Both the position numbers and the translations under genes were made by a program. A stretch of 64,000 nucleotides of DNA from an uncultured bacterium. GTDB taxonomy: Bacteria; Patescibacteriota; Minisyncoccia; UBA6257; GWB1-50-10. Position 1 is the stretch's first letter; every line of letters starts with the position of its first letter. Shown here piece after piece: positions 9,085-18,055 of the stretch. Location: the NCBI GenBank assembly GCA_903827975.1, contig CAIKKG010000005.1, positions 372-64,371 of the forward strand. The letters run 5' to 3'. The notes beneath the pieces were generated by a model. That model was not told where the DNA came from. It was given only the letters and a program-made list of their open reading frames with translations, and searched no databases.

Positions 9085-11835
9085 ATGGCAAACAAAAAAC
9101 CCGATTCAAAGAACCAAAAGATAAAGAGCGAAATCACGTTGCGTAGACTTTTTACGCGAGACGGAACTCATCCTTTTGATTCAATAAATTGGGTTCGTCG
9201 CGATGCTGTTGTTGGAAGTGGAGACAAAAAAGTTTTTGAACAGAAGGATGTTGAGCTTCCAGATTTTTGGTCACAGAATGCCATAAATATTACAGCAGCA
9301 AAATATTTTCGCGGTAAGGTTGGTTCACCTGAAAGAGAAGAAAGTGTTAAACAGATTATTACCCGCGTGAGTTCTACAATGCGTGGATGGGGAGAGAAGT
9401 ATGGTTATTTTAAAGATGAGGATCAAGCGAGGATTTTTGAAGAAGAACTTGCACACATTCTCGTGCATCAGAAGGGTTCATTCAATAGTCCGGTATGGTT
9501 TAATGTCGGAGTAAAAGAAAAACCACAATGTTCCGCGTGTTTTATTTTATCTGTTGACGACGACATGAGTGAGATTTTGAATTGGATTAAAACTGAGGGA
9601 ATGATTTTCAAAGGTGGCTCGGGCGCTGGTGTAAATCTTTCTACACTTCGTTCAAAAACAGAATCACTTTCAAATGGCGGAAATGCATCTGGTCCAGTTT
9701 CATTTATGCGCGGAGCAGATTCTGTTGCTGGAATGATTAAGTCAGGTGGAACAACTCGTCGCGCTGCAAAAATGGTTATTCTAAATGTTGATCATCCAGA
9801 CATAATGGATTTTGTTCGCGCAAAAGCTGAAGAAGAAAAAAAGGTTCGCGCACTCATGGAGGCTGGATACAATATGTTGGATTTGAATAATGAGGCGTGG
9901 AATTCTATTCAGTATCAGAACGCAAATAATTCTGTGCGTATCACTGATGATTTTATGCGAGCAGTTGAGCGTGATGGAATGTGGGAAACAAAGTTTGTAA
10001 GGACTGGGCTTCCAGCAAAAGAATATAAAGCACGCGAACTATTAAATGAGATAGCGCTTGCTGCTTGGGAGTGCGGAGATCCTGGAGTTCAGTTTGATTC
10101 AATAATTAATAAGTGGCATACAATTCCAAACTCAGGAAGAATCAATGGTTCTAATCCATGTTCGGAATATATGAGCATAGATAATTCCGCGTGTAACTTG
10201 GCATCAATTAACCTTGTTAAGTTCCTTCGTCCTGATGGAACATTTATGACAAAGGAGTTTAAACACACAGTTGATGTATTCATTTTGGCCCAGGATATTA
10301 TCGTTGATGCATCAAGCTATCCAACTGAGAAAATCGGCGAGAGTGCCCATAAATTTAGGCAGTTAGGGCTTGGATTTGCCAATTTAGGAGCACTTATAAT
10401 GGCAAAGGGCTTTCCATATGATTCTGAAGAAGGACGTGCCGTTGCGGGCGCTATAGCGTCATTAATGTCAGGTGAGGCATATAGGTTCTCTGCGACCATT
10501 GCAAGGCATCTTGGGGCGTTTGAGGGGTATGAGATTAATCGTGATCCGATGCTTAACGTTATAAGAATGCACGGTGCAGCATCACACAATATTGACGCAT
10601 TTTATTTGAACGATAAGGAGCTTGGTCGCGAGTCTCATGAGGTCTGGGAGGAGGCTTATAAACTAGGTGAGAAATTTGGATTTAGAAATTCTCAAGCAAC
10701 CGTTATTGCTCCAACTGGAACAATCTCATTTATGATGGATTGCGATACAACTGGTATCGAGCCTGACTTCTCACTTGTGAAAATGAAACAGCTTGTGGGT
10801 GGTGGATGGATGAAGATTGTAAATGCGGGCGTTGAACCAGCACTTAAGAATTTGGGATATACAGAAAATGAAGTAAGCGATGTTCTTTCTTGGATTGCAG
10901 AAAAAAATACAATTGAGGGCGCACCAAGTTTAAAGGAGACGCATCTCGCAGTATTCGATTGCGCGGCTAAAGCACAAAACGGAACGCGCGTTATTTCTTG
11001 GAAGGGCCATGTAAAGATGGTTGCTGCAGTACAACCGTTTATCTCAGGAGCAATTTCAAAAACATTTAATATGTTGAATGAGGCGACGAAGGAGGACATT
11101 GTTGAAGCGTACATGATGTCTTGGAAGTACGGAATAAAAGCACTCGCGGTATATCGCGATGGTTCAAAAGCCACGCAACCACTTAGCACATCAGCAACAA
11201 ACAAAAAAGAAAAAGTAGATGCATCTGATGGGGCCATAAGAAGAAAGCTTCCAGCAACAAGAGCTTCTGAGACGCACAGATTTGCAATTGCAGGACATGA
11301 CGGATATCTCACATACAGTATGTATGATGACGGAACTCTTTCAGAGATATTTATTCGAATGGCAAAACAGGGAAGTACTTTGTCTGGTCTTATAGATGCA
11401 TTCGCAATTTCTGTATCAATCGCACTTCAATATGGTGTGCCATTAAAAGATCTTGTTCGTAAATTTGTATATACGCGTTTTGAGCCGGCTGGATTTACAG
11501 AGAACCCAAATATTCGTATTGCAACAAGTATCGTTGATTATATTTTCCGTTATCTTGCATTACGCTTCTTAGGTCCTGATGATTTGTTGGAGTTTGGAAT
11601 GGTTCACGCATTAGAAGGTGCAACAGCAGAGGCACCAAAGGAGACAAGTGAGGTTAAGGCTCCAGTTGTTGCCGCTGTCGTAACTGGCACAAGTGGATTT
11701 GATACTCAGAAGCCAAAGGCAAATGGTTCAGTAATTTCAGATACTGTTTGTCGCAAGTGTGGTGGTATGATGGTGCGCACTGGAACATGTCTGACGTGTT
11801 TGCAGTGTGGTGATTCATCAGGGGGTTGCTCGTAA
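9085..11835 (+). CDS. nrdJ: Class II (adenosylcobalamin-dependent) ribonucleotide reductase with TSCPD domain and C-terminal Zn ribbon
   Basis: FNSPVWFN, PQCSACF, TRRAAKM, SNPCSEY, IAPTGTIS, CRKC...CLQC...GGCS. Start moved to ATG 9085. Confidence 0.95.
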   Translation: MANKKPDSKNQKIKSEITLRRLFTRDGTHPFDSINWVRRDAVVGSGDKKVFEQKDVELPDFWSQNAINITAAKYFRGKVGSPEREESVKQIITRVSSTMRGWGEKYGYFKDEDQARIFEEELAHILVHQKGSFNSPVWFNVGVKEKPQCSACFILSVDDDMSEILNWIKTEGMIFKGGSGAGVNLSTLRSKTESLSNGGNASGPVSFMRGADSVAGMIKSGGTTRRAAKMVILNVDHPDIMDFVRAKAEEEKKVRALMEAGYNMLDLNNEAWNSIQYQNANNSVRITDDFMRAVERDGMWETKFVRTGLPAKEYKARELLNEIALAAWECGDPGVQFDSIINKWHTIPNSGRINGSNPCSEYMSIDNSACNLASINLVKFLRPDGTFMTKEFKHTVDVFILAQDIIVDASSYPTEKIGESAHKFRQLGLGFANLGALIMAKGFPYDSEEGRAVAGAIASLMSGEAYRFSATIARHLGAFEGYEINRDPMLNVIRMHGAASHNIDAFYLNDKELGRESHEVWEEAYKLGEKFGFRNSQATVIAPTGTISFMMDCDTTGIEPDFSLVKMKQLVGGGWMKIVNAGVEPALKNLGYTENEVSDVLSWIAEKNTIEGAPSLKETHLAVFDCAAKAQNGTRVISWKGHVKMVAAVQPFISGAISKTFNMLNEATKEDIVEAYMMSWKYGIKALAVYRDGSKATQPLSTSATNKKEKVDASDGAIRRKLPATRASETHRFAIAGHDGYLTYSMYDDGTLSEIFIRMAKQGSTLSGLIDAFAISVSIALQYGVPLKDLVRKFVYTRFEPAGFTENPNIRIATSIVDYIFRYLALRFLGPDDLLEFGMVHALEGATAEAPKETSEVKAPVVAAVVTGTSGFDTQKPKANGSVISDTVCRKCGGMMVRTGTCLTCLQCGDSSGGCS

Positions 11836-11859
11836 AAAATCTATAACAATAGTTGTTAA

Positions 11860-11892
11860 TAAATATCGCCATCTCATTGATTGGCGATATTT
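11860..11892 (+). terminator. Hairpin/terminator after nrdJ
   Basis: AAATATCGCCA...TGGCGATATTT. Confidence 0.65.
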
Positions 11893-11930
11893 ATTTGCGG
11901 AAATTAGTTAACTGTATAAGACTGATACTT

Positions 11931-13061
11931 ATGATACGAAGAGTAGTTACCGCAGCGGTATTAATAATAAGTATATGTATGCCATCAATTTCTTTGGGGG
12001 CTAAATTTTCATATGGCGTATGGGTTCCATATTGGAAAAAGGCAGTTGCAATACCCGAGGTTGTCCAAAATGTTAATTCACTTAAAGAGATAAGTCCGTT
12101 TTCATATGAGGTTCAAAAAAGTGGAATAGTTCGCGATGCAATGAGACTTACTGATGTATCTTGGTTAACTTTGATGGAGACCGCGTACGGAAGTAATATA
12201 AAAATAATCCCAACATTTTCTTGGCAGAATGGAGATGAGATTCATGCGATTCTTTCTTCGAGCACACTTCGCACTGCGCACATTGCCAACATTTTACGAG
12301 TGGTAGATGCAAATGATTTTGATGGAATTGATATTGATTATGAGAACAAGAAAGCCGAAACGAGCACCTACTTTTCTAAGTTTCTAACAGAGCTTTCTAA
12401 AGCAATTCACGCAAAGAAGAAAACACTCTCCTGCACAATAGAAGCAAGAACTCCACCAAGTTCACGCTTTGTTACTGTTCCAAAGGTATTGGAATACGCG
12501 AATGATTTTAAGGTTATTAATACTGTATGCGATGAGGTTCGTATTATGGCGTATGAGCAGGGTAGAGTGGATTTGAAATTAAATAAAACAAAGAGCGCGA
12601 GCGGAAATTACTATGCTCCTATCTCCGATTCAGATTGGGTTGAGAAAGTTATACTTGAAGCATTAAAAACAATTAAGAAAGAGAAAATAATGCTTGGTGT
12701 TGCAAACTTCGGAAGCGAGTATGATGTTCGACTTGTGAATGGAGTGAGTACATATACTGATTTGCGAAACCTTTCATATAACGAGTTCCAAGTACTTGCG
12801 AGTACCACAGCTTCTAAAGTTGTAAGAAATAATGCTGGTGAGAGTGGTTTTATTTATACTGTGAATTCCATAAGTTCCACCAGCACAATAATTGGAACAT
12901 CAACATTAACGAATGCTACTTCAACGCGCTTCGTTACATTAAGCGATTCAAAAGCAATACAGGCAAAAATTACACTTGCTAAAAAATATAAATTAAAAGG
13001 AGTCTTTCTTTTCAAGATAGATGGCGAGAGTGATCCAAATCTTTGGAGTGTATTAAAGTAA
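11931..13061 (+). CDS. Secreted glycoside hydrolase family 18 protein
   Basis: Signal peptide, FDGIDIDYE catalytic motif, IMAYE, KLKGVFLF. Confidence 0.85.
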   Translation: MIRRVVTAAVLIISICMPSISLGAKFSYGVWVPYWKKAVAIPEVVQNVNSLKEISPFSYEVQKSGIVRDAMRLTDVSWLTLMETAYGSNIKIIPTFSWQNGDEIHAILSSSTLRTAHIANILRVVDANDFDGIDIDYENKKAETSTYFSKFLTELSKAIHAKKKTLSCTIEARTPPSSRFVTVPKVLEYANDFKVINTVCDEVRIMAYEQGRVDLKLNKTKSASGNYYAPISDSDWVEKVILEALKTIKKEKIMLGVANFGSEYDVRLVNGVSTYTDLRNLSYNEFQVLASTTASKVVRNNAGESGFIYTVNSISSTSTIIGTSTLTNATSTRFVTLSDSKAIQAKITLAKKYKLKGVFLFKIDGESDPNLWSVLK

Positions 13062-13073
13062 TTTTCTTAATAT

Positions 13074-13709
13074 TTAAGAACGAAGGAAATTTATTATTTT
13101 TAATATTAAAATAATAAAGAGCTGAATCAAAATATTTGTCAGTATTAGGCTAAGTGCCATTAGGCCAATATTCGTGAAAAAAGTAGACTGAACGAAAAAT
13201 AGTAAGATAATCGGAAACCACACGTTTTTTAGGTCTTTTGCTGATGGTCCGAGCATTGCACCGACGTTAAAAAATAAAAGAATCATTATCCAGCTCTGCC
13301 ATTGAAGTAAGTTAAGCTGCGATAAAAATGCGAATGGTTTTGTAAAAATAGAACCCCAATCAGAAATTTTGGATGCAACAAAGTAATCTCCCAAGGCATA
13401 GTGATTTACAAGATACAGGAATAGTAGTCCGCCCAATATTGGTGCGAATGATATAAGAGCCTCACCAATTAGTGGGATTTTTGATTTTCTGTGTAGGACG
13501 TGAGGCTGTGATGACAAAACTTTGTACTCCTCAATTTTTGCTCCCATAAACAGACAGAGTATTGCATGAGAAGATTCGTGAACAAATGCACCCACGTAAT
13601 ATAGAAGGTGCGTCAGGCGATAATTTAGATAACGCCAATTTAGCCAGTTACTTACGTAGCCGGAAAGAGATATTAGAATTATTACTATTCCAAGACTATT
13701 TGTTGGCAT
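13074..13709 (-). CDS. M50-like membrane metallopeptidase
   Basis: VHESSHA (HExxH), multiple TM helices, PSAKD. Confidence 0.65.
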   Translation of the reverse strand: MPTNSLGIVIILISLSGYVSNWLNWRYLNYRLTHLLYYVGAFVHESSHAILCLFMGAKIEEYKVLSSQPHVLHRKSKIPLIGEALISFAPILGGLLFLYLVNHYALGDYFVASKISDWGSIFTKPFAFLSQLNLLQWQSWIMILLFFNVGAMLGPSAKDLKNVWFPIILLFFVQSTFFTNIGLMALSLILTNILIQLFIILILKIINFLRS

Positions 13710-13718
13710 TACAATATT

Positions 13719-13889
13719 CTATTTATTCGTAATAATTGCACCTTCAAAAGACATCGGTGCGCAATTTCCATACTGAACTAATTCCTGGTATTTAATTCCA
13801 AGATAGAATGCAATAAATGGGAGCGCTATAAAAACTATTAAAGCGACCGTTTTTGAGAGTGTTGTAACCTCATTCCATTTTATTTTCAT
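13719..13889 (-). CDS. 56-aa single-TM protein (below ORF-track cutoff)
   Basis: MKIKWNEVTTLSKTVALIVFIALPFIAFYLGIKYQELVQYGNCAPMSFEGAIITNK*; TAGAAT box 6 nt before ATG. Confidence 0.7.
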   Translation of the reverse strand: MKIKWNEVTTLSKTVALIVFIALPFIAFYLGIKYQELVQYGNCAPMSFEGAIITNK

Positions 13890-13930
13890 ATTATAATTCT
13901 AGCATTTAAACACACCTGGCCACCCAATGT

Positions 13931-14341
13931 TTATTCCGTGACTTTTATACTGCCTTTCATCATTGGATGAATAGTGCAGTAGTAATCAAATGACCCAATC
14001 TCGGAGAACGTAAAACTAAATGACTTTCCAGTCGTTAGTGTGCCCGAGTTAAGTGGTCCATCAGTATTAGAACTTGTGACTGTGTGTGGCGCCGAATCAT
14101 TATTAGTCCACGTTACTTTTGTACCAACCTTAATTGTTAGCGCGCCAGGATTAAATGAAAAATTCTTTATGTCTACTGTAATACCTGATGTCGATGCGGT
14201 TTCTGTTTGCGGCAACTGTGCACCCTTGATCGCAGAATCTTGAACGGTTGGGCCTGCACTAGGTAAATTTTTAGGAATAATAAGGTAGATTCCTATACCA
14301 ACAATTATCACTACAATGGTGGCTATGATTTTTTTTGTCAT
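13931..14341 (-). CDS. Membrane-anchored cupredoxin (plastocyanin/amicyanin-like)
   Basis: WTNNDSAPHTVT and YYCTIHPMM type-1 copper ligands. Confidence 0.9.
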   Translation of the reverse strand: MTKKIIATIVVIIVGIGIYLIIPKNLPSAGPTVQDSAIKGAQLPQTETASTSGITVDIKNFSFNPGALTIKVGTKVTWTNNDSAPHTVTSSNTDGPLNSGTLTTGKSFSFTFSEIGSFDYYCTIHPMMKGSIKVTE

Positions 14342-14464
14342 ACTCTAATTATATCATCCTTAAAAATAGTAATCTCATTCCTTATACTCATGAAAAATAG
14401 GCGCCTACGGTTCAAATCCTATTCTGTGTGTTTATTTGAAAATTGGAAATTAGACATTGGAAAT

Positions 14465-14490
14465 TAAAAAACGCCTGACTGGCGTTTTTA
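14465..14490 (-). terminator. Terminator downstream of tRNA-Lys
   Basis: AAAAACGCC-TGACT-GGCGTTTTT, bidirectional-type. Confidence 0.7.
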
Positions 14491-14496
14491 TCCGTG

Positions 14497-14570
14497 TGCC
14501 CCCACTAGGATTTGAACCTAGGACCCACTGCTTAAAAGGCAGGTGCTCTACCAGGCTGAGCTATAGGGGC
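14497..14570 (-). tRNA. tRNA-Lys(TTT), CCA not encoded
   Basis: GCCCCTATAGCTCAGCCTGGTAGAGCA...CT-TTT-AA...GGTTCAAATCCTAGTGGGGGCA cloverleaf. Confidence 0.95.
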
Positions 14571-14605
14571 ATAAGCATCTCAAAGCTTTTGTTTTGAGCG
14601 TTTCT

Positions 14606-14672
14606 ACTATACTAATTTTTTCATTACCTTGCAATATACTTGCCTTTACATCAAGGCTCTTTTTGATACAAT
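14606..14672. promoter_or_regulatory. Divergent sigma70 promoters of the two tRNAs
   Basis: Minus strand TTGCAA-17-TATAGT (14634-14606); plus strand TTTACA-16-TACAAT (14645-14672). Confidence 0.6.
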
Positions 14673-14697
14673 AGCTTATGTTCCTTATGAACGGTAT

Positions 14698-14769
14698 TCC
14701 CCGGTAGCTCAGTGGTAGAGCGGCGCGCTGTTAACGCGATGGTCGTAGGTTCGAATCCTACCCGGGGAG
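14698..14769 (+). tRNA. tRNA-Asn(GTT), CCA not encoded; integration site
   Basis: TCCCCGGTAGCTCAGTGGTAGAGC...CT-GTT-AA...GGTTCGAATCCTACCCGGGGAG. Confidence 0.96.
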
Positions 14770-14771
14770 CA
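14754..14771 (+). repeat. attL core (tRNA-Asn 3' end)
   Basis: AATCCTACCCGGGGAGCA, identical to 24181-24198. Confidence 0.9.
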
Positions 14772-16326
14772 CGATAGGTTGAGAGGGCACGAAAGTGCTC
14801 TCTTTTCCTTTATTAGAGCCACCTTTCTCCAGTTCGAGAGTTTCATTTACTCGTGGCATCCATTCTGCCAAAAAGCCGAAGGCTTTTGTGTATTCTGGCT
14901 TTATTGTTCCTTGCAAAACAGAGATGTTCGAGAAAGCGTAAGCCAACAGCAATCGGCGCTCTTCCGTAGTTGCTTTATCGCTCTGATAGATCTTCCCAGC
15001 TCTCAATGCCAGCTCGTGAATCGCCACCCCAACTTTGTAATATTCAGTATTGTCCGAATTTAACTTTCTAAGAGATTCAGTTAAGATCTCTCGCTCTTGT
15101 CCAAAACTCTCAACCCTCTGATCATAGAACTCTGTTGAAATTCTGCCATCCAATTTATCTTCGTACATAATCTTTAGACGTTGCTGGATGCGCTGGAGGC
15201 TCGCATTAATGCCATTCACCTGCGCTTCGTGAAGTTCGATCTCCTTGCCGTGGCTCTCCTTTAGGGCTTTGTTGAGAATACCCATAATCCTCTCGTTTTT
15301 AGGCGCTACAGAGCTAATTTGAGCCATTAGGTGGCTTTCTACGTCCTCCTGTCGTATGTACTTCCTGTCGATGGCTAGCTGTGCCTTGCACTGTTTACAC
15401 CCGCCATACCATTGTCCTTTTTGGAGTTCCCAAGTGACCGTCTTTTTACAACTGCCGCAAAAGACTTTGCCTCTTAATTCCTTGATGTGCTTAACGTGGT
15501 AAGGGGCGCTTGATCGGGTTAACTTGGCTTTAACCTGCTCAAACAAATCACGAGAAATAATGGGTTCTTGTTTACCTTCGTACTCTTTATCCTTCCATAT
15601 AAATTTACCGTAATAGAATGGGTCTGAAAGTAGCGCGTGGATTTTACTTTTCACAACTCTGCCACCTCCACGACTACGAAAGCCACTCTCGTACATTTTC
15701 TCTCCCAAAGAAACTGTTGAGTAATTTCCCGTCGCGTAAAGTGTAAACATCTCTCTTATGCGTGGAGCAACATTTTCATCTATCACGTGGATCTTGTGAC
15801 CTTTTTCACCAATGGTTTTATATCCTAACGGTGGTTTAGTTGGAAGCCAACCTTGTGCAGTCTTCTCTTTCTGACCTTTCTTAACTTCTTCCGATAAGTT
15901 ATTGGTATAGAAGCGAGCCATAGCCACTTTCATATCCCATACAAAGTTTTCGTGTGCTCGCGTGTTTTTACTGACAACGAAGTTTTCTTTTACGAAGTGG
16001 ATTTCACGGCTTGCTCCTTCTAATATCCAGTCACTCGCAGTTGCCGCATCCTTAAGATTACGCGTTAAACGATCAATCTTCTCACACAGAATGACATTGA
16101 TGTTTTTATTGGTGACGTATTGGATCATCTCAATAAACATCTTTCTTATTTGTTTTCCACTTGCTGACTCTGTAACTTTGTAGATCTTTACCAGCTCAAA
16201 ACCTTTTTGTTCTGCATAATCCTTCAAGAGTTTTTCTTGCGCCTCCAAAGAATATCCTGTTTCCTCTTGTTCTTTTGAGGATACACGAGCGTAGATTACT
16301 GCTTTAATTTTCTTAGTAGTTTCCAT
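14758..16326 (-). CDS. Large serine recombinase (integrase)
   Basis: AVIYARVSS catalytic Ser, EKIDRLTRN, recombinase domain, CGSC..CKQC Zn ribbon, coiled coil; stop codon lies inside the tRNA T-arm. Confidence 0.95.
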   Translation of the reverse strand: METTKKIKAVIYARVSSKEQEETGYSLEAQEKLLKDYAEQKGFELVKIYKVTESASGKQIRKMFIEMIQYVTNKNINVILCEKIDRLTRNLKDAATASDWILEGASREIHFVKENFVVSKNTRAHENFVWDMKVAMARFYTNNLSEEVKKGQKEKTAQGWLPTKPPLGYKTIGEKGHKIHVIDENVAPRIREMFTLYATGNYSTVSLGEKMYESGFRSRGGGRVVKSKIHALLSDPFYYGKFIWKDKEYEGKQEPIISRDLFEQVKAKLTRSSAPYHVKHIKELRGKVFCGSCKKTVTWELQKGQWYGGCKQCKAQLAIDRKYIRQEDVESHLMAQISSVAPKNERIMGILNKALKESHGKEIELHEAQVNGINASLQRIQQRLKIMYEDKLDGRISTEFYDQRVESFGQEREILTESLRKLNSDNTEYYKVGVAIHELALRAGKIYQSDKATTEERRLLLAYAFSNISVLQGTIKPEYTKAFGFLAEWMPRVNETLELEKGGSNKGKESTFVPSQPIVLPG

Positions 16327-16356
16327 ATTGGCTCAGTTTAATTTTAACAGTTAAAG

Positions 16357-16587
16357 TTAATCATTAGTAGTATTTTCAGTGATTCCATTTGGCACTCTCT
16401 TGAGTACCTTGTAATAGCAATCTTGAAGAAACATACACATATCCTCCTGAATCTCTTTCTTTACCTCCTGAAAGAACTCGTCTGTCATTTCACCTATGAC
16501 ATCAAGATCTTCTTCTAGGTAATCGCGGCTAAGGATTGCTACAACATCAGGATCACTCCAACGATAATTTTCTCTTTCTTCGGTCAT
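16357..16587 (-). CDS. Small acidic hypothetical protein
   Basis: 76-aa ORF co-oriented with the integrase. Confidence 0.6.
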   Translation of the reverse strand: MTEERENYRWSDPDVVAILSRDYLEEDLDVIGEMTDEFFQEVKKEIQEDMCMFLQDCYYKVLKRVPNGITENTTND

Positions 16588-16597
16588 ATTTTTTTAA

Positions 16598-16834
16598 TTA
16601 AGATTGATAATTTGAGAAGAAGTGTTTGCAGATCTCATCGAGTAAGAAAGAGATTATTGTTCCTTCCGACTTGGAGAATTCCTTGAGCTTCTTGTGCCAT
16701 TTTTCACTGACTCGCACCTGCACTGTCTTCCGCTTTTCAGCTTTGCGGGCAAAGTATTTTCTGACTGCTTCGTTGTCCGCTTTTGCCTGTTCTATATCGG
16801 TGGATGTATAGAGTTTTTTCTGCTTTGTCGACAT
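16598..16834 (-). CDS. Ribbon-helix-helix (CopG/Arc-like) DNA-binding protein
   Basis: KTVQVRVSEKWHKKLKEFSKSEGTIISFLLDEIC fits a strand-helix-helix pattern. Confidence 0.6.
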   Translation of the reverse strand: MSTKQKKLYTSTDIEQAKADNEAVRKYFARKAEKRKTVQVRVSEKWHKKLKEFSKSEGTIISFLLDEICKHFFSNYQS

Positions 16835-16841
16835 ATTTTAA

Positions 16842-17137
16842 GAACACTTCTATTTCCCTCATCCCTGTCCTTGATGAGAGGCTGATAATGCTGTGTACGA
16901 GATATCTATTGGGGTTTCGACCTTTTCACCCTCAAGCGGTGAACGCCCAATACAGTTGCTCCCTGATGTGCAAATGAGGTCGCCCGTTGAGAAGTGTTCA
17001 CTCAGAGCGGGCGCTGGTATTTACACACCAAGCGAGTTGCAGTCGGTTTTTTTCAGGAGACTTACTGACGACTCCTGACATCTCGGTTGTCTCAAGGTTC
17101 AAACACCCAGATCTGCCTCGAATATATCGGGGCAGAT
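16842..17137. ncRNA. Candidate structured RNA or ssDNA element, about six hairpins
   Basis: Stems at 16858-78, 16907-52, 16981-17013, 17015-30, 17053-78, 17111-37, plus a 10-nt long-range complement. Confidence 0.5.
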
Positions 17138-17361
17138 TAAGATTTTTGAGGCTCTGGTCGACTGTCAATTTTTGCGAGCAAGTCAAAATACGCCACAGAG
17201 TTCAGCAAGATCTCCGACGCGTCTTTGAGAGTCAGGACTACACCAAATTCTTCTTTGATGGCATCCTGAAATTCCTTAATTGTTTGCTCACTGACCATAG
17301 GATCATTAGACACGTTGACCCTATACGCTTTAAATACGCTTTTAGTATCTTTTGCAGTCAA
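17137..17361 (-). CDS. Small helical hypothetical protein
   Basis: MVSEQTIKEFQDAIKEEFGVVLTLKDASEILLNSVAYFDLL; true start may be this internal Met. Confidence 0.6.
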   Translation of the reverse strand: MTAKDTKSVFKAYRVNVSNDPMVSEQTIKEFQDAIKEEFGVVLTLKDASEILLNSVAYFDLLAKIDSRPEPQKS

Positions 17362-17417
17362 AAAAAGCCCTATTTAGGGCAATGCGAGGAGGATATTAAC
17401 AGGAGCAAGAGCAGACT

Positions 17418-18044
17418 TTAGACAAAAGTCTTAATTACCTTGTATGGAGATTTTATACCGTATCCACTGCTTGATTTAGATTCAATAATATCTACCTTCA
17501 AAAAGTGATCTATGTTCTTCTTGATTTTACCTATTTCTGACCGTACGTTCTTTAGATCTTTACCGCCCAGATACTCTGAAATATCCTCCGTTCTTTGTAG
17601 ACCTACATTGTCGACAAGGTAGGTTAAAATTTTTAGACGCTCGCTATCTTCTCCAATATGGTAACAAAGTTTACTTTTATCGCCGTGCCAAAGATCTCCA
17701 TTTTTATCTAAATAGAGAATTGTGCTCGTACCATTGTTGGTAAGCCCTATCTCGCTCACTAATTCGGAAGCCCTTTCTCTGAAATAGCTAGAGAACCAGA
17801 TGTTATAGATATCGTAGTCTGGCTCTTCTTCATATTCAGCATCCTTTCCTGACCAGAACTCATATTTCTCAATGAGTCCCTTTTCTTTCAGGTTATCCAT
17901 AATGCGAATGAGATCTGCTCCGCTAACACCCTCACTCAACAGGTCATCTGCCTTAACCTCGATATGCCGCACCGTTTCTGCTCCCAATAAATGGGTTTGA
18001 AGCAGGTTATTGAGAACTATTGATATCTTGGCGTTCGCATCCAT
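17418..18044 (-). CDS. Hypothetical protein with C-terminal winged-helix-like domain
   Basis: RLKILTYL...TEDISEYLGG..LKNVRSEIGKIKK...SGYGI resembles OmpR-type wHTH. Confidence 0.55.
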   Translation of the reverse strand: MDANAKISIVLNNLLQTHLLGAETVRHIEVKADDLLSEGVSGADLIRIMDNLKEKGLIEKYEFWSGKDAEYEEEPDYDIYNIWFSSYFRERASELVSEIGLTNNGTSTILYLDKNGDLWHGDKSKLCYHIGEDSERLKILTYLVDNVGLQRTEDISEYLGGKDLKNVRSEIGKIKKNIDHFLKVDIIESKSSSGYGIKSPYKVIKTFV

Positions 18045-18055
18045 ATCGTTAATGC

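Noticed and set aside
16835-17140. Hammerhead ribozyme, retron msr-msd or group II intron fragment
   Set aside because: No correctly arranged CUGAnGA/GAAA core on either strand, and no reverse transcriptase in the window.
16987-17421. 144-aa plus-strand ORF in the island
   Set aside because: TTG start, antisense to the 74-aa gene, overlaps the hairpin cluster, atypical composition.
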